Of a stretch of DNA of 64,000 nucleotides, positions 46,457-57,143 are shown one piece after another. Origin of the DNA: a virus. The DNA is taken from positions 1 to 64,000 of IMG/VR virus record IMGVR_UViG_3300009009_000011. One strand, 5' to 3'. The position numbers and the translations under genes are program-made. The notes below the pieces were generated by a model. That model had not been told where the DNA came from and made no database searches. It saw nothing but the letters and a program-made list of their open reading frames with translations. Each line of letters opens with the position of its first letter. Within the stretch, counting starts at the first letter, position 1.

Positions 46457-47665
46457 ATGAAGAATTTATATTATGATAAAAAGGAAAAGAAACTTAGCAC
46501 TAAAAAACCTGTTGTAGAGAATCCTGATTTAAAATTTAAAGGAGAAAAAGGGGATAAAGGTGACAAAGGAGATCCTGGTGAACCTGGTAAAGATGGTAAA
46601 ACTCCAGTAGAAGGGGTTGATTATTTTATAAAAGAAGGTTTAAGAGGGTTCCCTGGTAAAAATGGATCTGATGGTAAAAGTTTAGATCCTCATCATTATA
46701 TACCATATATAAATGCTATAAAAGATGTTGACTTAGGCAATCATGAATTGTATACAGATGGTATACATGTAGATGGTTCTACTGCACTTCCGCCCACAGG
46801 CCCTGGCCTTACTCTTGCTTATTTCACTGGTGCGTTTCCTGGGGATACTAGTATGATAGCATCAATGAATTGGGATGCTGGTATTCCTATTGATCTAGCA
46901 ATTGAAGGTAAGGATATTAATATTGATGCAAGTGATATTAATTTGAATGCTAGTAATGTTAATATTGGTAATGATTTGATAGCCGATGGTGGTACATGTG
47001 AGTTGGATAGAATTGAAACTTTTTATGTTAATTGTAGTGATGGTTTTATAAAAATAAATAGTGCAGATAGTGGTGGTAGATTTTTAGTAACAGGGGATAA
47101 TAGAAGTGGTTATACACATCAAAGTAGCACTACAGGTAATTATAGTCAATTTGCGACTGGTGTAAACGTTGGTGGTGCTTTAAGTACAATTACTATTCAT
47201 GATGCAGGCACAGGTTATAATGTAGATGATGTATTAGAAATATATCAACCAGGTATAGGTGCTTGTGGAGGTAGAGTGTGGGTTAATACAGTGGATGGTG
47301 TAGGTGGTGTTACAAGTGTAAGTGTTAATACTGGTGGTACTGCTTATATAGTTCAAGATGATCTTGAAACAGTTTTAATAGTAGGTGGTGGAACTGGTTG
47401 TAGATTAAACATAACAGGAGTTACTGTTGGAGGTTACGTGTTTTTACAATCTAATTCTGATGGTGATTCAGTTACTCAACCAATACAAATTTGGATTGAC
47501 GCTGCTAAAGAATATGAGTTTTCTTCTACTAAATTAGACCTGTGTTCTAATGGTTTAAAATCTACAGGTTTGTCAGAGCATGCTGATAATGCAGCAGCTT
47601 TGCTTGCAGGATTAACCGCAGGTGATTTCTATCGTACTGCTGATGTTGTTAAAGTTGTTCATTAA
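46457..47665 (+). CDS. Collagen-like, Gly-rich fibre protein
   Basis: G-X-Y repeats (GEKGDKGDKGDPGEPGKDG), GTGY repeats and a C-terminal ADNAAALLAGLTAGDFY. The track ORF begins at 46394; the likely ATG is 46457. Confidence 0.75.
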   Translation: MKNLYYDKKEKKLSTKKPVVENPDLKFKGEKGDKGDKGDPGEPGKDGKTPVEGVDYFIKEGLRGFPGKNGSDGKSLDPHHYIPYINAIKDVDLGNHELYTDGIHVDGSTALPPTGPGLTLAYFTGAFPGDTSMIASMNWDAGIPIDLAIEGKDINIDASDINLNASNVNIGNDLIADGGTCELDRIETFYVNCSDGFIKINSADSGGRFLVTGDNRSGYTHQSSTTGNYSQFATGVNVGGALSTITIHDAGTGYNVDDVLEIYQPGIGACGGRVWVNTVDGVGGVTSVSVNTGGTAYIVQDDLETVLIVGGGTGCRLNITGVTVGGYVFLQSNSDGDSVTQPIQIWIDAAKEYEFSSTKLDLCSNGLKSTGLSEHADNAAALLAGLTAGDFYRTADVVKVVH

Positions 47666-48237
47666 TGAAAATCTTTGATATAGTAGATAATCGGGTGGTT
47701 TTAAATCCCCAATCTCTTAATATTCCAGAATTTAAAGCTATATGGGACAGGGATAAATCTAAGATGAAAGGTAACGCTACGAAAGAAATTTCGTATATAG
47801 TATATCTTTGTGATGAATCTGTTGATAATCCTTATCGTGCTTATAGGGAAGACGAAAGGGAGAATATGATTTTAAAAGATTTCATGGGGGTAGAATGGAA
47901 ACCTGATGAATTAATAAGTAAGGCCACTGAAAAGTTCAGAGACCTTAAACAAACTACTAATTCTAGGTTATTAAGATCAGCAAAAAAGGCAGCAGAAAAG
48001 CTGTCTGAGTATTTTGATTCTGTAGATTTTAATGTTAGGGATTCTTATGGGAAACCTGTATTTTCATCTAGGGATTTAGCATCAAACTTGAAAGAGGTTG
48101 CGGGTATTGTTAAATCTTTAAATATGTTAGAGGAAATGGTTCGTAAAGAACAGACAGAATCTTCTAATGTACGAGGAGGTGGTGATGTAGGTTTGTATGA
48201 ATTAGAGAGATCTGATTTTGATTATGGGTTAGATTAA
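47665..48237 (+). CDS. Conserved protein upstream of TerL (possible small terminase)
   Basis: Position and TAATG coupling to TerL; C-terminal NVRGGG. Confidence 0.55.
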   Translation: MKIFDIVDNRVVLNPQSLNIPEFKAIWDRDKSKMKGNATKEISYIVYLCDESVDNPYRAYREDERENMILKDFMGVEWKPDELISKATEKFRDLKQTTNSRLLRSAKKAAEKLSEYFDSVDFNVRDSYGKPVFSSRDLASNLKEVAGIVKSLNMLEEMVRKEQTESSNVRGGGDVGLYELERSDFDYGLD

Positions 48238-50261
48238 TGGCAGGTGTATATAAAATTAAGGTAATTAACTGTGATAATGCTGACAAGTTTAGACCGGCAG
48301 CAGTTAATTATGAACAGTATGAGTATTATACGGCAGCTCCTATTGGTACCACAGCTTATATGAAGTTTTGGGACGAGGAGCTTAGTCGTTGTATATTTGG
48401 GTATACTACCGAAGATGGTGAGTTTATATCTGGGTATTTTTATTTTTATTTGAATTATTGTAGGATAGTAAAGACAGACGAAAAGGAAATCATAGATGCT
48501 CGTGGTAAAACTAGGACTATTATAAAGAGGGTTGAAAGTTTTCCTAGGTACTATGATTATGATAGGGCTTATTTTGATGCAATAGAAGAAGCAGAGAGAC
48601 TTGGTAAACATCTTGTGACGATTAAGAAACGTGGTGCTGGGTATTCTTATAAAGGTGCTTCTATGTTATGTAGAAATTTTTATTGTATACCAAGGTCTAA
48701 GTCTTATGCCATTGCTGCTGAGGCAGAGTTTTTAACAAAAGATGGGTTGCTTACAAAGGCGTGGGATATGATGTCATTTATAGATACAAAGACTGCTTTT
48801 AGTAAGCGTAGGCAAAAGAAGGATACAGGTATGCACAAAAGGGCTTCTTTTGTGATGAGGTCTGCAGATGAATATGGTATAGTATCTGAACAAGGGTATG
48901 GCTCTGAGATTATAGGTGTGAGTCTTAAAAATGACCCACAAAAAGCTAGGGGTAAACGAGCAAAGTTAATATTATGGGAAGAGGCTGGTAAATTTCCTGG
49001 GTTAAAAGAGTCTTGGCAAATAGCTAGACCTTCTGTAGAGGAAGGTAATGTTGCATTTGGTTTGATGATAGCATATGGTACTGGTGGTACTGAGGATGCT
49101 AATTATGAAGGATTGAAAGATTTGTTTTATGAACCAGACGCATATAATGCTTTGCCCATACAAAACATTTGGGACGATGGTGCGTTAGATGGTAAACCAT
49201 GTGGGTTCTTTGTACCAGAATATTTTAATGTTTATGGCAAAGATATAAATGGAATTCCATTTATGGATAAGAATGGTAATTCTAATATTCATGTTACGTT
49301 AATTTGGGCGAATGAACAACGTGATATTATAATAGAGAATTCTAGTGATAAATCTTCAATAGATAGGTATATTGCAGAGCATCCATTTAATCCAATGGAA
49401 GCAACATTGCAGATATCGGGGAATATATTTCCAAAAAAAGATATTATAAGACATTTAGCTGAGATAAGAAATTCTAGTAAGTTAAAGAATTTTAAGCAAG
49501 TAGGTGATTTATATTTTGGGGAAGATGGTATAGTTAGATGGGAGATTAATACTAAATATAAGGATTTAACTAAGTATAGAGTTTCATCAAATGATGACCC
49601 AACAGGAGCCATAGTAATATGGGAACATCCTCCGGATGAAATACCTTTTGGGTTGTATGTTATAGGGTGTGATAGTTATGATTATGATCAGTCATCTACA
49701 GATTCTTTAGGCTCGGCTTTTGTTTATAAACGTTTTCAAAATTTTGAGGCCTATTATGATTTACCTGTTGCAGAATATACAGGGCGTCCAGATAAGGCTG
49801 AAACTTTTTATGAGAAGGTTAGACTTTTAGCTTTATATTATAGAGCTAAAATCATGTATGAAAATCAAAACAAAGGTATATTTGATTATTTCTTACATAA
49901 GAAATGTGATTATTTATTGGCAGATCAGCCAGATATAATCAGAGATGTTGTAGGTGTTACAACTGTACAAAGGACAAAAGGTTGCCATATGAGCAAACCT
50001 TTAAAGATATGGGGTATAGGTTTACTTAAGGATTGGTTAAATGAAGAGTATGCCCCAGGTAAAAAAAATCTAACAAAGATTTTTTCAGAACCTCTGCTAG
50101 AGGAATTAATAGCGTTTAATGATACTGGTAACTTTGATAGGGTGATGGCCGTGATACAAATCATGATATATCTCAGAGAGCTCTATTCTGTTACAGTTAA
50201 GAAGAATAAAGAAGTTTCTAAACGTTCTTTATTTATAGAAGGTATATTTAGAGATATTTAA
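48237..50261 (+). CDS. terL: Terminase large subunit
   Basis: KKRGAGYS Walker A, WEEAG Walker B, GTGG, nuclease IGCDSYD and NFDRVMA. Confidence 0.93.
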   Translation: MAGVYKIKVINCDNADKFRPAAVNYEQYEYYTAAPIGTTAYMKFWDEELSRCIFGYTTEDGEFISGYFYFYLNYCRIVKTDEKEIIDARGKTRTIIKRVESFPRYYDYDRAYFDAIEEAERLGKHLVTIKKRGAGYSYKGASMLCRNFYCIPRSKSYAIAAEAEFLTKDGLLTKAWDMMSFIDTKTAFSKRRQKKDTGMHKRASFVMRSADEYGIVSEQGYGSEIIGVSLKNDPQKARGKRAKLILWEEAGKFPGLKESWQIARPSVEEGNVAFGLMIAYGTGGTEDANYEGLKDLFYEPDAYNALPIQNIWDDGALDGKPCGFFVPEYFNVYGKDINGIPFMDKNGNSNIHVTLIWANEQRDIIIENSSDKSSIDRYIAEHPFNPMEATLQISGNIFPKKDIIRHLAEIRNSSKLKNFKQVGDLYFGEDGIVRWEINTKYKDLTKYRVSSNDDPTGAIVIWEHPPDEIPFGLYVIGCDSYDYDQSSTDSLGSAFVYKRFQNFEAYYDLPVAEYTGRPDKAETFYEKVRLLALYYRAKIMYENQNKGIFDYFLHKKCDYLLADQPDIIRDVVGVTTVQRTKGCHMSKPLKIWGIGLLKDWLNEEYAPGKKNLTKIFSEPLLEELIAFNDTGNFDRVMAVIQIMIYLRELYSVTVKKNKEVSKRSLFIEGIFRDI

Positions 50262-50272
50262 TTATAATTAAA

Positions 50273-52615
50273 ATGGTAGACAAATCTAATTTTCCTGTAC
50301 AAAAATTACCTAAATACAAGAAGACCAAAGAGTGGGGCAAGGCTTCGCTTGACTCTGTAATATCAAGAGATTCTGGTGGGTTTTTAGGTGCTCAACGTAA
50401 GCAGGAGATGACTACTTGGTATGGGTTGTATAATAGTGAATACAATGAGGATGACTTAAAGTATGTTACTAATCCGTTTAAAGTCGAAGATGGCTTCCCT
50501 GCCAAACTTCAGAACTTTAATATTATTAGGCCTAAGATTGATCTTTTGATAGGTGAGGAATCAAAGAGACCTTTTGATATACGGGTTATTCAAACCAATC
50601 CAGATGTAGTTACACAATTACAGGATAAGAAAAAAGAACTGCTTATGCAGTATATATCAAACGTTGTAGGGTTACAACAGGATCAAAATGGAGAGCCTAT
50701 CACACCAAAAGAGATTGAGAAATATTTAAAGTATTCATATAAAACTGTTGCAGAAGAAACAGCTTATCATGCACTTAACTATTTAAAAGAAAAGTTAAAT
50801 CTTAATAACGAATTTTTGAAGGGCTGGAGAGATGGGCTGATAGCTAGTGAAGAGATATATTTTGTATCTACAATTAATGGTGAACCTTTTTTAGAACGGG
50901 TTAATCCAATAAATTGTGATTATGACAAGGACCCAGATATAGAGTTTATAGAAGACGGTGACTGGTTTGTAAGGTATATGCAGATGAGTCCAGCTACTAT
51001 TTATGATAGGTTTTTTGATTTGATGGATGAAAAAGACCTTGATAGGATGTTAGAATACGCAGGAGAAGGCAGAGCTTCTACATCTACTTTGGGTTCGTCT
51101 ATGGCCGATAAGGTTGAGTTTAGAGACATGACAACTAAGAAGTATATATACTCTGGTGATACAGATTTTAATTTAGTTGAAGTTTATCACGGGGTGTGGA
51201 GATCTTATAAGAAGATTGGATTTTTAACTAGTGTAGATGAGGGGTCAGGGCAAGAACAAACAACAATAGTTAGTGAGGATTATAAGCCGTTGCCTACAGA
51301 TGATATAGAATGGGATTGGATACCAGAGGTGTGGGAAGGTTATAAAGTAGGAGATGATATATATTTAGGTATTGGACCTGTAGAATATCAGCACACTTCT
51401 ATTAATAATGTGTCTTCTAGAAAACTACCGTATTGTGGTATTATATATAATAATATAAATTCTTTACCTAAGTCATTAGTTGCCTTAATGAAACCTTTAC
51501 AATATATGTATATTATATTATGGTATAGGTTGGAGCTAGCAATAGCTAGAGATAAGGGCAAAATTATCAATATGGATATAACTCAAATACCTAAAGGTTT
51601 GGGTATTGATGTTAATCAATGGATGCATTATCTTAGTGCCCTCGGGGTTAATTTTATTAATCCTTATGATGAGGGTTGGGATATACCTGGTAGAGAGGGG
51701 GGTAAACCTGCTGCTTATAATCAGATAACTGACATTGATTTATCTATGATGAATGTCATGGCTGGGTACATTGAACTCATGGCCAAGATAGAAGACATGA
51801 TTGGTGAGATATCTGGTGTTAGTAAACAGCGTCAAGGTTCTATATCTAAGACAGAATTAGTTGGTAATGTAGAGCGTGCTGTTATACAGTCTTCTCATAT
51901 TACAGAACCTTTGTTTTGGTATCATAATCAGGTTAAGAGAAATGCATTGACAATGTTGATAAATGTGGCTAAACATGCTTGGCGTGAAAAGCCTAACATG
52001 AGTATACATTATATATTGAATGATGCAGAGAGGGTATTCTTAAATGTTGAGGATGATTTCTTATATTCAGATTTAGATGTATTTCTTAGCGATAGTACAA
52101 AACAGAATATGGATATTGAGTCTATAAAGACTTTATTACAGCCAGCTATGCAGAATGGTGCTACTTTACTTGAAGCTGCAGAGATATTATCTTCTGATAA
52201 TTTATCACAAATTAAACTCAAACTTACAGAAATAGAGAAACGTAAGGAAGAGTTAATGGCTCAGCAAGCACAAGCAGAACAACAGCAAGTACAGATGGAG
52301 GCTCAATTTAAAATGGAAGATCTTCGTATTAAGGAAGAAGATTCTATACGTAGGGCAGAGACTCAAATACAAGTTGCATTGCTTGGTGCTAATAGTAAGG
52401 ATGGTGATGCTAATAATAATGGTACTTTAGATCAAATGGATTTAATGGATTTTCAATTACAATTGGAGAAGCAAAAAGAGGAAGTAAAGATTAAAGATGC
52501 ACAAGTTAAAGAGACTGTGCGTAAGAATAAAAAAGCTGAAGAGCAACGTCAGCAAGAAATAGAAATAAAACGTAAGATTGCAAACAAACCGAGGACAACA
52601 AGTAATAGTAAATAG
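50273..52615 (+). CDS. Portal protein
   Basis: 780 aa after TerL; NIIRPKIDLLIGEE, ISGVSKQRQG and a Q-rich helical C-terminus. Confidence 0.9.
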   Translation: MVDKSNFPVQKLPKYKKTKEWGKASLDSVISRDSGGFLGAQRKQEMTTWYGLYNSEYNEDDLKYVTNPFKVEDGFPAKLQNFNIIRPKIDLLIGEESKRPFDIRVIQTNPDVVTQLQDKKKELLMQYISNVVGLQQDQNGEPITPKEIEKYLKYSYKTVAEETAYHALNYLKEKLNLNNEFLKGWRDGLIASEEIYFVSTINGEPFLERVNPINCDYDKDPDIEFIEDGDWFVRYMQMSPATIYDRFFDLMDEKDLDRMLEYAGEGRASTSTLGSSMADKVEFRDMTTKKYIYSGDTDFNLVEVYHGVWRSYKKIGFLTSVDEGSGQEQTTIVSEDYKPLPTDDIEWDWIPEVWEGYKVGDDIYLGIGPVEYQHTSINNVSSRKLPYCGIIYNNINSLPKSLVALMKPLQYMYIILWYRLELAIARDKGKIINMDITQIPKGLGIDVNQWMHYLSALGVNFINPYDEGWDIPGREGGKPAAYNQITDIDLSMMNVMAGYIELMAKIEDMIGEISGVSKQRQGSISKTELVGNVERAVIQSSHITEPLFWYHNQVKRNALTMLINVAKHAWREKPNMSIHYILNDAERVFLNVEDDFLYSDLDVFLSDSTKQNMDIESIKTLLQPAMQNGATLLEAAEILSSDNLSQIKLKLTEIEKRKEELMAQQAQAEQQQVQMEAQFKMEDLRIKEEDSIRRAETQIQVALLGANSKDGDANNNGTLDQMDLMDFQLQLEKQKEEVKIKDAQVKETVRKNKKAEEQRQQEIEIKRKIANKPRTTSNSK

Positions 52616-52617
52616 TT

Positions 52618-53796
52618 ATGACAAAAAAGGTAGATAATAATCCGCCTAATGTATTTGAAGGATTCGAGGCTTTATCAAAAAGTTTATTGGGTAACCCTGG
52701 TGGTGGGAAATCTCCAGATGATGAAATACCGTATATAGACCCTGAAGATATTGGCAAAGAAGAGGTCGAAGAAGGCGAGGAGAAGAAAGAAGAAAAAGAA
52801 GAAGTAGAGGAACCTATTAAAAAGAAACCTACTTCAGTTAAAGAAGAAGTTAATGAAGACGATGAAGAAGACGAATCTGGTGAAGAAGATGATGAAGGAG
52901 ATTCTGGAAAAGAGGAAACTGATACTGAAGAGGTTGAAACAGAAGTAACTACTTTTCTGAAAGATAGGTTATCTGAAGAACTTGGATGGGAGCTTGATGA
53001 AGATGATAAATTTGAGTCCATAAAAGATGTTGTGGATTATATGAAAGTTTTGGTTGATGAGAATTCTAAACCAAAGTATCATAGTAAAGAAATACAAGCT
53101 TTAGATGAATATGTTAAAAACGGTGGAAGTATAAGTAAATATTTTAAAGAAGTTTATAAAGAAGCTGCTGCAGGAGTAGATTATGATCATATAGATTTGA
53201 CTAGGGAATCTAATCAAAGGTTAGTTGTGCGTGAAGTATTAAAAGAACAAGGTCTAAGTTCGGAGCGTATTCAGAAGCGTTTAGATAGGTATGAGAGAGA
53301 AGGGCTTTTACAAGACGAAGCGTCAGATGCTGTAGAATTGTTAAAAGAATACAAGTCTCGTAATGAAGAAAAGCTATTAGATGAACAGAAAAAAATAGCA
53401 GCAGAGCAGGGTAAACAGCAACAAAACTTCTTTGAAAACGTACAAAACAGTGTAAAAGGCCTGGAGAATATCCGTGGCGTAAAAATTTCTAACAAGGAAA
53501 AAACAGAATTGTTAGATTATATATTTAAGCCTGATTCTGATGGTTTAACTAAATATCAGAAAGATTACATGTCTGATATTAAGAACTTGATTGAGTCGGC
53601 TTATTTTACTAAAAAAGGGGACTTCCTCATAGACGAGGCAAAGAAAAAAGGTTCCTCTGATGCTTATAAAGAATTTCATCAGAAATTAAAAGCTAACAAA
53701 GGTAAGCGATCCAAGAATACAGGAGGCCTAGAGAGTGGCTCAGACTCTGATTTATTATTAAGCTCGTTAAGTAAAAATTTATTAAGTAAAGTATAA
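52618..53796 (+). CDS. Putative scaffolding protein
   Basis: Highly acidic N-terminus and helical C-terminus, between portal and MCP. Confidence 0.7.
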   Translation: MTKKVDNNPPNVFEGFEALSKSLLGNPGGGKSPDDEIPYIDPEDIGKEEVEEGEEKKEEKEEVEEPIKKKPTSVKEEVNEDDEEDESGEEDDEGDSGKEETDTEEVETEVTTFLKDRLSEELGWELDEDDKFESIKDVVDYMKVLVDENSKPKYHSKEIQALDEYVKNGGSISKYFKEVYKEAAAGVDYDHIDLTRESNQRLVVREVLKEQGLSSERIQKRLDRYEREGLLQDEASDAVELLKEYKSRNEEKLLDEQKKIAAEQGKQQQNFFENVQNSVKGLENIRGVKISNKEKTELLDYIFKPDSDGLTKYQKDYMSDIKNLIESAYFTKKGDFLIDEAKKKGSSDAYKEFHQKLKANKGKRSKNTGGLESGSDSDLLLSSLSKNLLSKV

Positions 53797-53823
53797 TTAT
53801 TAATTTATTGATTGAAGGTTATT

Positions 53824-55290
53824 ATGGAAAATAATGTATTAAATAAACTACAGCTCTACCGTACAAAGTGGTTTTCAGACCTCGTAGACGAGAAGATGCT
53901 TGCTAATACACTACTTACCAGACCTCATGAAGTATCACCCGTTTTGTCTTATATAATGGGACGTTTCAATCAAGGAAGCGTTATCGATTATATAACTAAT
54001 GGTATGGGTAAAGTCATGACGATCGAGAACAGGCAGTATGAATGGCGTGTTATGATCGAATCCGAGCGTGCGGTTACAATTCGCAATGCTCAGATCGATG
54101 GTACAGCTGTTTCAGCAACTGATGTTCCTGGTATTAATGGACAGCCCATTACTCTTTGGTTATCAGACAAATGGTTTGGTCCTGGAGCTATTATCGAATT
54201 TGATGATAAAGAATATCAAGTGAGAGTAGTTTCTGAGCCTTATCAGGATGGTAATGAGTGGGTTTATACAGTAGTGTTGGCAGATGGTCAGGCAGCTTCT
54301 TACATTCCGCCTACACTTCTGGCAGCTGGTAAACAGGTATCTAGGGTTGGTAGTGCATATGAAGAAGGTAGTGATGAGGCTGATATCGTTAATTATCAGA
54401 CCCCGTTCATGCTCAGGAATCATCTGACTACTATGAGATTAACTTATGACATCACAGGTGATGCTTATTCATCTGTCATGGTTATCGAAATTCGTGAACC
54501 TGGAACTAAAAAATCTACTAAGTACTGGGCTCCTTATCAGGAGTGGGTTGCTCTTCGTCAGTGGTATGAAAGAGTAGACTATATGACTATGTATTCTAAG
54601 TATAATGCTAATGCTGATGGTACAGTTAGTCTTATTGGTACTAATGGTCGTCCTGTGTATATTGGTGCAGGTATTCTGCAGCAGATAGCTCCGGCTAACA
54701 GGAAGGGCTATACAACTATGACACTTGATTTACTTGATACTTATATGTCAGACCTTTCTTTCAACATCCGTGGATTTGGTGAGCGCAAGTTTCTTGCTCT
54801 TGCTGGTGAAATGGCTATGAAAGAATTTGACAGAGTATTAAGAGATAAGGCTTCTGGCTACACACTTATGGACACAAAATTTGTCACAGGTAATGGTCAG
54901 GAACTTACTTTAGGTGGTCAGTTTACAACATATAAGGGTCTCAACGGGGTTGAGCTTACACTTAAGCATTTACCGTTGTTTGACGATCCTATTCGTAACA
55001 GAAAACTTCATCCGATTACAGGTAAACCTCTGGAGTCTTATCGTATGGTATTCCTTAACATTGGAATAAAAGACGGTGATTCTAACATTAAGAAGGTTGT
55101 TCGTAAAGATCGTGAATTAGTTATGTGGCACACCGCTGGTGCTGTTGCTCCTGGTTCAGGTCATTCGAAATCAATCACTACACTGAGGTCCAATACCAAG
55201 GATAGCTACCAGGTTAACTTCCTGTCAGAACAGGGTGTTATGGTAACAGATCCTACTAGTTGTGGTGAATTATACTGCGACGCTGAATAA
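53824..55290 (+). CDS. Major capsid protein
   Basis: About 490 aa in crAss-type synteny; distinct highly expressed codon usage; HPITGKPLESYR. Confidence 0.88.
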   Translation: MENNVLNKLQLYRTKWFSDLVDEKMLANTLLTRPHEVSPVLSYIMGRFNQGSVIDYITNGMGKVMTIENRQYEWRVMIESERAVTIRNAQIDGTAVSATDVPGINGQPITLWLSDKWFGPGAIIEFDDKEYQVRVVSEPYQDGNEWVYTVVLADGQAASYIPPTLLAAGKQVSRVGSAYEEGSDEADIVNYQTPFMLRNHLTTMRLTYDITGDAYSSVMVIEIREPGTKKSTKYWAPYQEWVALRQWYERVDYMTMYSKYNANADGTVSLIGTNGRPVYIGAGILQQIAPANRKGYTTMTLDLLDTYMSDLSFNIRGFGERKFLALAGEMAMKEFDRVLRDKASGYTLMDTKFVTGNGQELTLGGQFTTYKGLNGVELTLKHLPLFDDPIRNRKLHPITGKPLESYRMVFLNIGIKDGDSNIKKVVRKDRELVMWHTAGAVAPGSGHSKSITTLRSNTKDSYQVNFLSEQGVMVTDPTSCGELYCDAE

Positions 55291-55296
55291 AAACTG

Positions 55297-55334
55297 GGTG
55301 TGATGTAGGGGGCTGAGTAAGCCCCCTGAACACC
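55297..55334 (+). terminator. Hairpin after MCP
   Basis: AGGGGGCT-gagta-AGCCCCCT. Confidence 0.6.
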
Positions 55335-55368
55335 ATTATTATTTATAAACCGTTTTAAGCGAGGAATT

Positions 55369-56265
55369 ATGAAAGCAACATTACGGCCGTTGTATAAAGA
55401 CAAATGGTCAGGGCTAATAAAGTATAGAAATTGTTATGAGGACATATGTCCTTATTACACACGGTCAGGGATGATCTACACCGGTCTGTCAAAGGCAGAC
55501 GAAGAAAGATTAAGTAAAGAATTAGGGGTAGACTTAGCTCGTGGTTCAGAGTTTTGGAAGAATTATTTTGTAAGGACTTATACAGGGGACATCATATTAG
55601 ATTTAGAAGATCCTAATGATGAATTAAAATATCTGTATTTAAAGAATCATAAGAAAGTAAAGACATCTGAGTTTGAACATAAAGCAAGTGCTAAGTTTTT
55701 ACTTATTAATAAAGAAGAAGAGGCCAAGAAGTCTAATCTTATAAACAAAGTTAGACGTAGGGCAATGAAGGAATTTGATACACTTACAACAGAAGAGGTT
55801 AGGAAAGTTCTTAGGTTGTTTGGGTATAATGGGGATAATATGGAACCAGAAGTTGCAGAAAATAAACTGTTTGAACTTGTGGAAAATAATCCTGAATCAT
55901 TCTTAGAGAAGTGGGTAAACAATAAACATAGGGATACTGAAGTTGTTGTTGAGCGTGCAATATCTATGAATATTATAAGACGTAGTAAAAACGTATACAA
56001 ATATGGGTCTGAAATTGTAGGTCGTTCTATGGTAGAAGCAATTGATTTTTTAGAGAATCCAAAGAACCAAGATATATTATTATCTGTTATGAAATCATTA
56101 CAGTCTAAAGTTTATATAGATCAACCAGATGTTAATAACACTTTGACTACTATTGAAGAAGTGGTTGTGGATGTTCCTAAAGTTAAATCAGAGGTTACTA
56201 TAGACTTAGATGATGATGAAGTAAAGTTTAAATCTAGACCTAGGAAAAAAGGAGATACATTATAA
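55369..56265 (+). CDS. Conserved crAss-like virion/assembly protein
   Basis: Position after MCP; ILDLEDPNDEL motif. Confidence 0.65.
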   Translation: MKATLRPLYKDKWSGLIKYRNCYEDICPYYTRSGMIYTGLSKADEERLSKELGVDLARGSEFWKNYFVRTYTGDIILDLEDPNDELKYLYLKNHKKVKTSEFEHKASAKFLLINKEEEAKKSNLINKVRRRAMKEFDTLTTEEVRKVLRLFGYNGDNMEPEVAENKLFELVENNPESFLEKWVNNKHRDTEVVVERAISMNIIRRSKNVYKYGSEIVGRSMVEAIDFLENPKNQDILLSVMKSLQSKVYIDQPDVNNTLTTIEEVVVDVPKVKSEVTIDLDDDEVKFKSRPRKKGDTL

Positions 56266-57125
56266 TGACAATAGCTAACATGCATGTTGCCTTTAAACTC
56301 TTGCTGGACAAATCGACTGGCTTAGAGTTTCCTGCTTTTGAACCCGAAGAAATAGATCTTTGGTTAAATAAGGCACAACGGCAATTTGTTAAAAATAGGT
56401 TTCTTGGTACAGATAAGGGGATAGGTTTTGAACAAACTTCAAAACGTATTATGGACCTTTCTGTATTATTAACTGAAGATACGTTGGTTTATAGAAATGG
56501 TACAGACTTAGTTGTCGGTACAATAAAAGATAATTCATTTGTAGCAGATTTAAGTAGGTGCCCTACTACTGTATTTTTAATAGTAGGGGATGAAGTGCTT
56601 ATTGCATATGCTGATTTACTTGATACATTAACTAGTGTTACAACTGGTAATTTGGTTACTGGTAGTGCATATTATGTGCTTACTAGTACCATAACACACA
56701 ATGGTACTGTATATTCAGCAGGGGAATATTTTGAAGCAGCTAATGCTAATTTTACCGGTTCAGGTACAGTTGCATTAGTTACTGCTAAAAAACAAGGTGT
56801 TACTAATTGCACTGCTAATAATTATAGGGCTCATATAGATGATCCTTATAGTGAACACAGGCTACATTATGAAGAGGCAAAACCTCTGCGTTTGATATAT
56901 CAAAGGTATGTTGAACTGGTTACTGATGGTAATTATGGTATATTAGAATATAGTATAAGATATTTGAGGGAACCTGCAGATGTTGCGGTTGGCACTCCCA
57001 CACATTGTGAATTGCCAGCCCATACTCATGATGAGATAGTTGCCTTGGCTGCTAATATGGTCTTAGAGAATATAGAACAGCCTAGGTATAAATCTAACTT
57101 AAATGAGTTAAACAAAGTTGAATAA
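56265..57125 (+). CDS. Head-tail ring/adaptor protein
   Basis: EEIDLWLNKAQ and YLREP...CELPAHTHDEIV motifs. Confidence 0.7.
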   Translation: MTIANMHVAFKLLLDKSTGLEFPAFEPEEIDLWLNKAQRQFVKNRFLGTDKGIGFEQTSKRIMDLSVLLTEDTLVYRNGTDLVVGTIKDNSFVADLSRCPTTVFLIVGDEVLIAYADLLDTLTSVTTGNLVTGSAYYVLTSTITHNGTVYSAGEYFEAANANFTGSGTVALVTAKKQGVTNCTANNYRAHIDDPYSEHRLHYEEAKPLRLIYQRYVELVTDGNYGILEYSIRYLREPADVAVGTPTHCELPAHTHDEIVALAANMVLENIEQPRYKSNLNELNKVE

Positions 57126-57143
57126 TTAAAAATTTATTTTATT

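Noticed and set aside
47770-47798. Sixth ECF-like promoter GGTAAC-N16-CGTATAT upstream of terL
   Set aside because: It has two mismatches and is intragenic; possible, but not supportable without TSS data.
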